Shown here in pieces: positions 35,779-44,479 of a stretch of DNA of 64,000 nt; the first letter of the stretch is position 1, and every line of letters starts with the position of its first letter. Where the stretch lies: assembly GCA_902800965.1 (NCBI GenBank), contig CADCGK010000012.1, forward strand, positions 155,820 to 219,819, written 5' to 3'. The position numbers and the translations under genes were made by a program. Below the pieces are notes generated by a model. The model had not been told where the DNA came from and did no database searches. It saw only the letters and a program-made list of their open reading frames with translations. Source of the DNA: an uncultured Bacteroidia bacterium. Lineage in GTDB: Bacteria; Bacteroidota; Bacteroidia; Bacteroidales; F082.

Positions 35779-36363
35779 TTAAGGTTTTTTTGATAAGCGG
35801 TCGGGGTTCTGTTGGACGAACTGCGCCCATTGGGAGCTGGCCGATTTGCGACTGTGTTTCGGCTTGGTATAGTTGACGTCCTTGCCTCGGTCGAGGAAAT
35901 GGCAGACGGCGGCAGCCAAGGCGTCGGTGGCATCGAAATACTTGGGCATCTCCTCAAACTTCAGCATGGCTTGAAGCATCTTCGACACCTGTTCCTTCGA
36001 GGCGCTGCCGTTGCCCGTGATGGTCTGCTTGATGGTACGCGGCGCATACTCGAAGATGGGAATGTCGCGGTACAAGGCGGCTGCCATGGCTACCCCTTGG
36101 GCACGACCCAGCTTTAGCATCGACTGTACGTTTTTACCGAAAAAAGGCGCCTCGATGGCCATCTCATCGGGCTTGTATTCCTCGACGATCTCCAGCATGC
36201 GCTCAAAGATCGTCTTCAGCTTCATGGCTTGGTTTTCCAGCTTGTTCAGCTTCAACACGCCCATGCGGATGATACTCAGCTCCTTGCCCTTCTGCCGGAC
36301 AAGGCCGTAACCCATCACCATCGTGCCAGGGTCAACGCCAAGTATGATCTTTTCGGCTTCCAT
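35779..36363 (-). CDS. ruvC: crossover junction endodeoxyribonuclease RuvC
   Basis: The N-terminus is ILGVDPGTMVMGYGLV, with an RNase H-like RuvC pattern. 194 aa. Confidence 0.9.
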   Translation of the reverse strand: MEAEKIILGVDPGTMVMGYGLVRQKGKELSIIRMGVLKLNKLENQAMKLKTIFERMLEIVEEYKPDEMAIEAPFFGKNVQSMLKLGRAQGVAMAAALYRDIPIFEYAPRTIKQTITGNGSASKEQVSKMLQAMLKFEEMPKYFDATDALAAAVCHFLDRGKDVNYTKPKHSRKSASSQWAQFVQQNPDRLSKKP

Positions 36364-36373
36364 CAGCGCAAAG

Positions 36374-37573
36374 TTACATCAATTTCTGGTAAAACTGCCA
36401 CCATTTGTCGGGCAGCTCGTTGCGCATGGCCTGTTCATAGTCCTCCACGGAACAAGGGATGAAATGATGCCGCTCGTAACGCGGGTCGTCGGCATGCATG
36501 AACGACATGTCGATCCACCATTTTCCTGTGGTCTTGTGACACAGAAACACGACGTTTTCCTCGCCTTCGCCGATCTGTACGTTGTAACGCTTGAAATCGT
36601 TGCTTTCCGTGGTCGGGAGGTCGTCCTGACGGCTGCTGTAGCCTTCGATGAAATACCATATCATCTCGGCGATCAAGTTGGCCGTGCGGGAGTTGATGTC
36701 GTAATGGGGATTGTATTCAAAGAACCCGATAGAAGAGAGTTTGAAGTTCAATCCTGCATAACGCGTCATACGGCAGGCGTCTTCGCCGTTGAAGCCGTTG
36801 GGCGAGGCGTTCTTCACACCGGGTGCATCGGCGGCACGGAAGGCACTCATGTCGATGCTGACGATGTTGGCGTTACGGATCAGCGGCTCCGTCAGCTCAA
36901 TGTTTTGCTTCAGCGAACCCAGACGATAGGTGTCGAACAACAACTGCTTCATCAGATCGATGCTTTCGGTATCCACATAATACGATTGATATCCGATATT
37001 GGTGAAGTTGAACAGGAAGTTCGGTTGATGCAGGATGATGTGGCTTAAGTAAGAACGGGAGTTCAGTCCTTCGTTGTCGTTGCCCAGGTCAAACAGCGGA
37101 TCGATGGAGGCGATGTTGATCAGCTTTCCCGTGGGCTCATACACCTGATACATCGAATAGGTCATATCCTGGCTTCCTCCGAAGAGGATCGGCAGGATAT
37201 GAAGCTTCAGCAACTCGGTGAGCACCTGGTTTAAGGCATAATAGGTGTCAGAGATTTCCTGGCCGGTCTTGATGTTGCCCAGATCGACTACCTTGACGTT
37301 TTCCCAGTGGTTGAAAAGTTTGTAGAAAGCTTTTCTGATATAGTCGGCACCGTCGGCGCAGCCGTGGTTATCGACGGCGCCACGTTCTTCCTTGATGCCG
37401 ATCAAGGCCAGCTGAAAGCCTTCCAAGTCGGGGAAATCCTCTTCGTTCTTATAGACGGTAAGGGTTTCCCCGAAGGTGTTTTTACCAGGACGGACATTGG
37501 CGGTGAAGCACTTGTCCGGCACCGGCTCCAAAAACAGGCTTATATCCATATAGAATTGCGACAAATATGTCAT
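36374..37573 (-). CDS. arginase/formiminoglutamase-fold protein with degenerate metal-binding motifs
   Basis: The ureohydrolase motifs are colinear but substituted: FGGSQDM in place of GGDHS, SIDPLFD in place of DAHxD, and SIDMSAFRAADAPG in place of SxDxDxxDP. Confidence 0.6.
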   Translation of the reverse strand: MTYLSQFYMDISLFLEPVPDKCFTANVRPGKNTFGETLTVYKNEEDFPDLEGFQLALIGIKEERGAVDNHGCADGADYIRKAFYKLFNHWENVKVVDLGNIKTGQEISDTYYALNQVLTELLKLHILPILFGGSQDMTYSMYQVYEPTGKLINIASIDPLFDLGNDNEGLNSRSYLSHIILHQPNFLFNFTNIGYQSYYVDTESIDLMKQLLFDTYRLGSLKQNIELTEPLIRNANIVSIDMSAFRAADAPGVKNASPNGFNGEDACRMTRYAGLNFKLSSIGFFEYNPHYDINSRTANLIAEMIWYFIEGYSSRQDDLPTTESNDFKRYNVQIGEGEENVVFLCHKTTGKWWIDMSFMHADDPRYERHHFIPCSVEDYEQAMRNELPDKWWQFYQKLM

Positions 37574-37648
37574 CCGCCTGAGGCGGATGATAGCTCTATA
37601 GGAGAGGTGTCACATCACCCTCCTATAGAGCTAGCATCCTACGGATGC
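37571..37648. other. three consecutive hairpins in the DHS-like/arginase-fold intercistronic spacer
   Basis: The hairpins are CATCCGCC-tga-GGCGGATG (which includes the arginase-fold gene start codon), TAGCTCTATAGGAG(A)GGTG-tcacat-CACCCTCCTATAGAGCTA, and GCATCC-tac-GGATGC. Confidence 0.6.
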
Positions 37649-37658
37649 TGTTACCGTA

Positions 37659-38696
37659 TTATTTTTTATATAGTTTCTGCCAGTTCTTATACTCGCGCTC
37701 TTGCCATGGTGCGTTGTGGTAGGCATAGCTGACGATGGCGGGGATGACGGTGGTGCCTTCGGCATAGACCATCTGTTGGAGCTCTTCGCTCACCTTGCCC
37801 CATGAGCCAGCTTCGAGCAGCGTCGATGACGAACAGGCGCCGTCACGCACATCGGCCACGGTGATCTGGATGGCGTATTTGTGCATAGGCACTTCGTGAC
37901 CAAGGATCTCGGCGCAGACGACCGTGTCTTGTGCGAAGTTCTTGGGGGTGCCGCCACCGACCATGAAGAGGCCTGATTGAGGGCTGTTCATCTTGATTTC
38001 AGTCAGCTCGAGGAAGTCGGCCACAGAGTCGATGCTCACGTAAGGCTTGCCGGCTTGCTTGCGGAGCCACTGGTGCTTGCCGATACCGAAACCAGCTGAG
38101 CTGTCGCTGAAGGCGGGGCAGAAGATCGGCACGCCGCATTCGTAGCAGGTCTGGATGAGGCTTTCCTTCTTCACGCCGTGACCGTTGGCCAACCATTTAC
38201 CAACCTCATAGAGGAACTCGCGGCTGCTGTAGGGACGGCACTCCAAGGTGTCGGCCACGTCGCAAGTGGCTTGGTCGCAGGCTTGCAACTCTTCTTCATC
38301 GATAAAGGTATCGTAGATACGGTCGATGTAGAGTTCACGGAGCTTTGTATCGGGAATGACATTCTCCTTGGTGCCGATGTAATGCTTGTAACCAAGGGCT
38401 TCGAAGAGGTCCATGTCGATGATGCTGGCACCTGTACTGACCACGGCGTCCACCATCTTGTTGCGAACCATCTCAACATACACCTGCATGCAGCCAGCTG
38501 CTGAAGTGGAACCGGCAATGGTGAGGATGTTGGTGCAGTCTTTCTCTGCGATCATCTGGCAAAGGATGTCAGCGGCACGAGCCGTGTCACGCGAAGTGAA
38601 CGACATCTTGCGCATGGCATTGATCAATTCAGTTGAGTCATACTTTTTGATGTCGATGTGTTCGACAACGTCTTTCAGAAGGTCTTTTTTTTCCAT
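37659..38696 (-). CDS. deoxyhypusine synthase family protein (homospermidine-synthase-like)
   Basis: 345 aa. The segments AGSTSAAGC...VSTGASIIDMD and GGGTPKNF match a deoxyhypusine-synthase-like Rossmann pattern. Confidence 0.7.
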   Translation of the reverse strand: MEKKDLLKDVVEHIDIKKYDSTELINAMRKMSFTSRDTARAADILCQMIAEKDCTNILTIAGSTSAAGCMQVYVEMVRNKMVDAVVSTGASIIDMDLFEALGYKHYIGTKENVIPDTKLRELYIDRIYDTFIDEEELQACDQATCDVADTLECRPYSSREFLYEVGKWLANGHGVKKESLIQTCYECGVPIFCPAFSDSSAGFGIGKHQWLRKQAGKPYVSIDSVADFLELTEIKMNSPQSGLFMVGGGTPKNFAQDTVVCAEILGHEVPMHKYAIQITVADVRDGACSSSTLLEAGSWGKVSEELQQMVYAEGTTVIPAIVSYAYHNAPWQEREYKNWQKLYKK

Positions 38697-38718
38697 TGTT
38701 TTATTGTTTTTAAGATTT

Positions 38719-38750
38719 ATAATTCGCTTAATTCGTTTAATTCGCCGTTA
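38719..38750. repeat. family 2 element, half copy (reverse orientation)
   Basis: Its reverse complement TAACGGCGAATTAAACGAATTAAGCGAATTAT matches 11614..11645 and 61966..61994. It covers the topA stop codon. Confidence 0.7.
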
Positions 38751-41087
38751 CTTCTTCACCGCCTTGCGCTTGGCAGGAGCCGTTTTCTTTGAAGCAGTCT
38801 TGGGATCGGCTTCCACCAGTTTCAGGCAGTCTTCGTAGGTCATGGCTTTGGGATCGACGTCTTTGCCGATACGGTAGTTTTTCTTCTTGTAGGAGATGTA
38901 CGGACCGAAGCGGCCATTCAGCACTTTCATTTCAGGATCCTGATCGAAAGTCAAGATGGTGTTCTCCACGTCTTTTTGACGTTTTTCGCCGATGATCTCA
39001 ATGGCGCGCTCTATGTCGATCGTAGCTGGATTGTCGGTCTTGGCCAAGCTGTAGAAGGCGTTGTTGTGTTTCACGTAGGGACCGAAACGACCCACCGAAA
39101 CGCTGACTTCCTTACCTTCGAATTGGCCCAGGATACGTGGGAACTCGAACAACTTGAGCACATCCTCCAAGGTGACGCTCTCGATGCTCTGGTCTTTGCG
39201 GAGGCCGGCGAAACGGGGTTTTTCTTCCGACTCGGTGTCGCCAATTTGGGCCACTGGACCGAAACGGCCGACTTTCACATAGACGTTCTTGCCCGTTGCA
39301 GGATCCACGCCCAACAATTTCTCGCCGCTGAACTTGCCTGAGTTCTCCGTCGTGCTCACCACCTGTTTGTGGAAACCGGCGTAGAAATCCTTGATCATCT
39401 TGTTCCATTCGCGTTTACCTTCCGAGATCTTGTCGAATTCCTTCTCCACATTGGCGGTGAAGTTATAGTCGATGATGCTCTCGAAATATTGCAGGAGGAA
39501 CCTGTTGACCAGCACGCCGATATCGGTAGGCAGCAGTTTGCCTTTCTCGGCGCCATAGTTCTCTTTGCCCTTCTTTTCGGTGATCTTGTTGTTCTTAAGG
39601 GTGATGACGTTGTATTGTTGGGTCACGCCAGGCACATCGCCTTTGGTGACGTATTCACGCTTCTGGATAGTCGAGATGGTGGGGGCGTAGGTTGAAGGAC
39701 GGCCGATACCAAGTTCTTCCATCTTCTTTACCAGGCTGGCTTCGGTGTAGCGGAGCGGATGACGGGTGTAACGCTGCTGGGCTTCCATCTTTTCCAGATC
39801 GAGCATGGTACCAACCTCGATAGGAGGCAGCACGCTCATCTTATCCTCGGCACGGTCGTCATCGTAACTCTCCATATACACCTTGAGGAAACCGTCGAAC
39901 AAAATGACTTCGCCGGTAGCGGTGAACTTCTTGTCGGAAGAGGAGATGCCAATGTTGACGTTGGTGCGTTCGAGCTGTGCGTCGGCCATCTGGGAGGCGA
40001 TGGTGCGTTTCCAGATGAGTTCATAGAGGCGGCGTTCATCGGCCGTACCCTTGATGGTATGTTGGTCAAGATAGGTCGGACGGATGGCTTCGTGGGCTTC
40101 CTGGGCGCCCTTGGTCTTGGTTTGGTATTGGCGTGTCTTCACGTATTCTGCGCCGTAGTTCTCGGTGATTTCCTTCTTGGCCATGCCCAAGGCGAGCGAA
40201 GAGAGGTTCACGGAGTCGGTACGCATGTAGGTGATCTTACCGGATTCGTAAAGCTGCTGTGCGAGACGCATGGTGTTAGCCACCGAGAATCCCAGCTTGC
40301 GGGCGGCTTCCTGTTGTAAGGTCGAGGTTGTGAACGGAGGTGCCGGGAAACGTGATGCCGGCTTCTTCTCGATGTTCTCTACCTTATAACTGGCCTTGAC
40401 GCATGATTCCACAAAAGCGCGAGCTTCTTCCTCGGTCTCGAAACGGTTGGGCATTTCAGCGGCAAGTGTGTATTCCTGACCGTTTTGGATGAATGAGAAT
40501 TGGGCTGTGATGCGGTAGGCACTGGTCTGAACGAAGTTCTTGATCTCTTCCTCCCGTTCCACGATGAGGCGGACGGCCACTGACTGCACACGACCTGCGG
40601 AGAGGGATGGTTTCACCTTCTTCCAAAGCAAGGGCGACAGTTCATAACCCACCAGACGGTCGAGCACACGGCGAGCCTGCTGGGCAGCCACCAGGTCCAT
40701 GTCGATGTCACGTGGGTTCTCTATGGCGTTCAAGATCGCCGACTTGGTGATTTCGTGAAATACGATACGTTTGGTGTCTTTGTTTTTCAAATCCAGAGCC
40801 TCGTAAAGATGCCATGAAATGGACTCTCCCTCGCGGTCCTCATCGGATGCGAGCCAGATGGTCTGGGCTTGGTTGGAGAGCTTCTTCAACTCAGTCACCA
40901 GCGCCTTTTTGTCGTCACTGATTTCGTATTCTGGTTCGAAATCCTTCTCTATGTTGACGCTGAGGGTGTTCTTATTCAGGTCACGGACGTGTCCGTAGCT
41001 CGATTTAACGGTATAATCCTTTCCTAAAAATCCTTCAATGGTCTTGGCTTTTGCAGGAGACTCAACAATTACTAAGTTTTTTGTCAT
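38748..41087 (-). CDS. topA: DNA topoisomerase I
   Basis: The Toprim N-terminus LVIVESPAKAKTI and the active-site Tyr context ITYMRTDS are present. The C-terminus is repeat-rich and Lys-rich. 779 aa. Confidence 0.95.
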   Translation of the reverse strand: MTKNLVIVESPAKAKTIEGFLGKDYTVKSSYGHVRDLNKNTLSVNIEKDFEPEYEISDDKKALVTELKKLSNQAQTIWLASDEDREGESISWHLYEALDLKNKDTKRIVFHEITKSAILNAIENPRDIDMDLVAAQQARRVLDRLVGYELSPLLWKKVKPSLSAGRVQSVAVRLIVEREEEIKNFVQTSAYRITAQFSFIQNGQEYTLAAEMPNRFETEEEARAFVESCVKASYKVENIEKKPASRFPAPPFTTSTLQQEAARKLGFSVANTMRLAQQLYESGKITYMRTDSVNLSSLALGMAKKEITENYGAEYVKTRQYQTKTKGAQEAHEAIRPTYLDQHTIKGTADERRLYELIWKRTIASQMADAQLERTNVNIGISSSDKKFTATGEVILFDGFLKVYMESYDDDRAEDKMSVLPPIEVGTMLDLEKMEAQQRYTRHPLRYTEASLVKKMEELGIGRPSTYAPTISTIQKREYVTKGDVPGVTQQYNVITLKNNKITEKKGKENYGAEKGKLLPTDIGVLVNRFLLQYFESIIDYNFTANVEKEFDKISEGKREWNKMIKDFYAGFHKQVVSTTENSGKFSGEKLLGVDPATGKNVYVKVGRFGPVAQIGDTESEEKPRFAGLRKDQSIESVTLEDVLKLFEFPRILGQFEGKEVSVSVGRFGPYVKHNNAFYSLAKTDNPATIDIERAIEIIGEKRQKDVENTILTFDQDPEMKVLNGRFGPYISYKKKNYRIGKDVDPKAMTYEDCLKLVEADPKTASKKTAPAKRKAVKK

Positions 41088-41202
41088 ATCATTAAATTAT
41101 CGGCGGCAAAATTAGTAGAATAAATGCGCATAAAGGATAAAAAACGGAAAAAAATTATTAGTTTATTATAAATAAACTATGTGTGATTTATATTTTTGCG
41201 TC

Positions 41203-42018
41203 ATGAAAACATGGATGGATATCGCAGTCAAGGCTGCCCGTTTGGCGGGTGAAGCCATCATGGAGGTTTATGCACAGCCTTTCGAGGTTTATACGAAAGA
41301 TGACGCCTCGCCGGTGACCCAAGCGGATCTGAGGGCCAGCAACATCATCAAGGAGACGCTGAAAGAGACGGGGTTGCCTTTTGTCAGCGAGGAGGACTTG
41401 CCTCCTGACCGTTCGCAATTCGGCCGTTATTGGCTGGTGGATCCCCTGGACGGCACCGCCGAGTTCGTGAAACGCAACGGCGAATTCACGGTCAACATCG
41501 CTCTGATTGAAAACAAAAGACCTGTCTTAGGGGTAATTTATGCGCCCGTGACGGGACAACTTTGGGCGGCACTTCGTCATTGCGAGGGAGGAACGACCGA
41601 AGCAATCCAACCTGACTCAAGCCAAGGACAACTCAGGTTGGATTGCCACGTCGCTCCGCAAAGCTTCGCTCCTCGCAATGACGAACGACCCTTTACCGTT
41701 CTTGTTAGTCGCTCTCACCGCACCCCCGAGGTGGATGCCTACATCGACAAGGTGTTGCGTCCTGCTCATCCCGATTTAGTTATTGACAGCCAAGGCAGCA
41801 GCCTGAAGTTCGCCCGTCTGGTGGATGGTACCGCCGACGTGTATGTCTGTTACAGCAAGACCAAGGAATGGGACACAGCCGCAGCTGATGCTATCCTTAC
41901 CGCTGCTGGCGGCAAGGTCTTAAGGATCAGTGACGGCATGCCGCTGGAATACGACAAAGAGGATTATCCCAATCCCCCTTTCGTTGCTTGGGCACCGAAT
42001 CCTATTTTTTTCGCTTGA
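41203..42018 (+). CDS. inositol monophosphatase family / 3'(2'),5'-bisphosphate nucleotidase CysQ-like, carrying an in-frame repeat-element insertion
   Basis: The IMPase motifs SEED and WLVDPLDGTAEF are present. Codons for LRHCEGGTTEAIQPDSSQGQLRLDCHVAPQSFAPRNDE are encoded by the palindromic element at 41575..41683. The start at 41203 is preferred over 41179 because a TATTTTTG box sits at 41191..41198. Confidence 0.75.
   Translation: MKTWMDIAVKAARLAGEAIMEVYAQPFEVYTKDDASPVTQADLRASNIIKETLKETGLPFVSEEDLPPDRSQFGRYWLVDPLDGTAEFVKRNGEFTVNIALIENKRPVLGVIYAPVTGQLWAALRHCEGGTTEAIQPDSSQGQLRLDCHVAPQSFAPRNDERPFTVLVSRSHRTPEVDAYIDKVLRPAHPDLVIDSQGSSLKFARLVDGTADVYVCYSKTKEWDTAAADAILTAAGGKVLRISDGMPLEYDKEDYPNPPFVAWAPNPIFFA
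41575..41683. repeat. family 1 element, full-length copy inside the cysQ-like ORF
   Basis: The sequence is CGTCATTGCGAGGGAGGAACGACCGAAGCAATCCAACCTGA, loop CTCAAGCCAAGGACAAC, then TCAGGTTGGATTGCCACGTCGCTCCGCAAAGCTTCGCTCCTCGCAATGACG. It has the same termini and a similar loop to 8301..8404. Confidence 0.85.
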
Positions 42019-42556
42019 TGGTATGTTTAATCTTAACTGCCATAAAGTTTAATTCTATTGAAGATTCTGATTCGGACACCCCCGAATCATTCGATAATAA
42101 ATCGCCAAGTAGTTCTCCTGCTCTTGATATTAGACTTTTTTGCTTTGTCGTGTCTATTTCATTTTGGATGGATTGAAGGTTCTTTGCCAGTTCGTGAACC
42201 TTGGCAAATGTTTCAATAATCATCAAAGTGGTTTGCGTGGCTATTGGACTTTTTAAGATGGTGGCGAGCATATAAAGACCTTTTTCGGTAAAAGCTTTTG
42301 GCTCCAAGGTGGAATTCTTGAGTGGTTTCATCCGGTCGAAATTTTCGACCACATACTGTTTTTCAGCAGGTTGTAACGTGAAATAGTATCCTTCTGGAAA
42401 CTTTTCTAAATTGTTTCTTACCGCTTCGTTAACACGCTTAGTTTCCACGCCATATAACTCAGCTACATCTCTGTCAATTAAGATCTCTTGACCTCGTAAA
42501 ACGATAAATCTTTCTTCAATTATTTCGGTACTAATACGATTGCTTTGTTTCTTCAT
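42002..42556 (-). CDS. ORF6N (KilA-N-like) domain-containing protein
   Basis: The segment IVLRGQEILIDRDVAELYGVETKRVNEAVRNNLEKFPEGYYFTL is the typical ORF6N N-terminal domain. Its 3' end overlaps the cysQ-like gene by 17 nt. Confidence 0.7.
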   Translation of the reverse strand: MKKQSNRISTEIIEERFIVLRGQEILIDRDVAELYGVETKRVNEAVRNNLEKFPEGYYFTLQPAEKQYVVENFDRMKPLKNSTLEPKAFTEKGLYMLATILKSPIATQTTLMIIETFAKVHELAKNLQSIQNEIDTTKQKSLISRAGELLGDLLSNDSGVSESESSIELNFMAVKIKHTIKRKK

Positions 42557-42637
42557 AGATAATTATGTATTTTTAACTACAAAGAAATAATAAAAAATAA
42601 TTAAATAATTAATCTGTTGACAATTATTCTAAAAAAA

Positions 42638-43684
42638 TTAAAGTTGCGCCTCTATTTCTTTCATCAACTCCTCGCCTTCGAGGTTGCGGGCGACGATCAC
42701 GCCGTCTTTGATCAAGGCGTTTTGAGGGATGAAAGCGATGCTATATAAAGCACCGGCGGCATTGTTCCAGCCTTGGAGATCGGAAACATGGGTCCAAGTC
42801 AAGCCATCCTTTTCGATGGCGGCAAGCCAAGCTTCCTTGTTGGTGTCGAACGAAACACCCAACACGTCAAAACCTTGTTCGTGATATTTCTGATAGGCCG
42901 CCACCACATTGGGGTTCTCCTTGCGGCAGTCGGGGCACCACGAAGCCCAGAAATCAACCAACAACAACTTTCCTTCGGCAAACTGCGACAACGTTACAGG
43001 GTTGCCATCGGGGTCGTTCTGTGTGAAATCGATGATGGGCTGACCAGCTTGTACACGCTCCAGCTTCTCAACATATTCTTCAGCCATCGTCAAGTTGGTG
43101 GAAGTAATGGTGCTGTCAGCATGATAGATGTTGTCGATCATGGTGCGCAACTCGCAGGGACCGAAAGCCCACTTGTAACGATACATCACATAATGCGCGA
43201 CCGGGTCTTTGGGGTTTTCCCAAATATAGTCGAAGCAGTGCATCTTTAGCATCTCCTCACCGTCAGCGGGATTGACGGTGCTGTCGGCTTCCAGTTTTTC
43301 TTCCAGTTCATTATAGCTTTTGGTGAAAGCGTCGAGACGGGCTTGGGTCTCAGAGCCTTTTACCATGATCGCATTGGGATTCTGGGCATCACCCTCGATC
43401 GTCATATCTTTGTGGTCAGTGAAGAATGGGAAGGGACGACGCCACCCTTTCAGCATGATGGCATACATCTCGTTGTCATTGCAAACAGGCGTGTTGAACA
43501 CGGCATCCCAATTTTGGATGACTGCTGAATCCAGCACCTGACCGGCCTTCTGGAGATAGACCGTCTGACCGTCGGCATTGGCAAGATTTACGTTGATTTT
43601 AAATTGTGGTTCTTTGTCGGTGCAAGCCGCCATCACCAAAGCAATGGCAACCCATAGTAAAGCTTTGTTTTTCATGTTTTTCAT
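42638..43684 (-). CDS. TlpA-family thiol-disulfide oxidoreductase lipoprotein (DUF4369-like N-domain + thioredoxin fold)
   Basis: It has a lipobox (LVMAACT) and the active site FWASWCPDC. The ATG is at 43684 or 43675; the TTG at 43699 is rejected. Confidence 0.8.
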   Translation of the reverse strand: MKNMKNKALLWVAIALVMAACTDKEPQFKINVNLANADGQTVYLQKAGQVLDSAVIQNWDAVFNTPVCNDNEMYAIMLKGWRRPFPFFTDHKDMTIEGDAQNPNAIMVKGSETQARLDAFTKSYNELEEKLEADSTVNPADGEEMLKMHCFDYIWENPKDPVAHYVMYRYKWAFGPCELRTMIDNIYHADSTITSTNLTMAEEYVEKLERVQAGQPIIDFTQNDPDGNPVTLSQFAEGKLLLVDFWASWCPDCRKENPNVVAAYQKYHEQGFDVLGVSFDTNKEAWLAAIEKDGLTWTHVSDLQGWNNAAGALYSIAFIPQNALIKDGVIVARNLEGEELMKEIEAQL

Positions 43685-43735
43685 TAATTGGATGTGCAAA
43701 GATACGTTTTTCTTTGTTTTTCCTAATTTTGTGGT

Positions 43736-44431
43736 GTGAAACGTTTGTTGACCATACTACTGCTGATTGTTTTAGCCATGCCCTTGATGGCTCAAACAGG
43801 CGATGTAGTGCTGTGTGAAGGCTTCTATAGTCCTTGGCTCAACGAAGGCTGGGATGTAGGCGGTGACGAGTGGGTGGTATGGTACATCTCCAACACTGCC
43901 AATGCAGGCAACAAGGCACATGAGATGCAGATGTATCCCGACTACAACTTCAACGGCACCACCATGCTCACCTCTCCGTTAGTGGTGTTGGACCAATACG
44001 ACTACATCATGGTGCAATTCAACCACAGTGTTGAAGTCTACGACACCTCGCACAAAGGGGTAATAGGAATCGGCATCTCACAAGACAACGAGAACTGGGA
44101 AAGTATCTGGACCGACACCATTAACCAAAGCATCCTGCAAAGCAAATATCTGTTGACTTTCGACATGGAGCCTTGGAACAACAAAAACAATCACTTTTGT
44201 TTCTTTTATTCCGGCGACGGCTCTTGTGTGAAGAATTGGTTTTTGGATAATATCATCATCTTTGCGGACAAAAAAGACAAATACGGACGCATTACTGAAC
44301 AAGACGAAACAGGCTTCATTGCTGCTTTGTCTTACTTGTCAAAAGTCGGCGAAAGAGCCAAAAACATGTTCACCAGGCAAGGGCGTTCCAAAAACAAATT
44401 CGCAAAGATTGTCTACGGAAACCGCTTGTGA
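43736..44431 (+). CDS. secreted protein of unknown function (possibly choice-of-anchor J-like beta-sandwich)
   Basis: A GTG start gives the signal peptide MKRLLTILLLIVLAMPLMA. 231 aa, with a basic C-terminal tail. The domain guess is weak. Confidence 0.4.
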   Translation: MKRLLTILLLIVLAMPLMAQTGDVVLCEGFYSPWLNEGWDVGGDEWVVWYISNTANAGNKAHEMQMYPDYNFNGTTMLTSPLVVLDQYDYIMVQFNHSVEVYDTSHKGVIGIGISQDNENWESIWTDTINQSILQSKYLLTFDMEPWNNKNNHFCFFYSGDGSCVKNWFLDNIIIFADKKDKYGRITEQDETGFIAALSYLSKVGERAKNMFTRQGRSKNKFAKIVYGNRL

Positions 44432-44445
44432 TTCAGAAATATTAG

Positions 44446-44453
44446 TAATTTTG
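44446..44453 (+). promoter_or_regulatory. Bacteroidetes-type -7 promoter box upstream of the 52-aa ORF
   Basis: TAATTTTG lies 27 nt upstream of the ATG at 44480. Confidence 0.4.
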
Positions 44454-44479
44454 CAGCCTCAACAGTATTAACAACTAAA

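Noticed and set aside
35775-35957. A 61-codon N-terminal extension of the MscS-family ORF (the track ORF starts at 35957).
   Set aside because: The extension overlaps the ruvC coding region and is Pro/Ser/Arg-rich. The internal ATG at 35774 gives a proper signal peptide (MKRIRVIAVLLLMLV) 5 nt after the ruvC stop.
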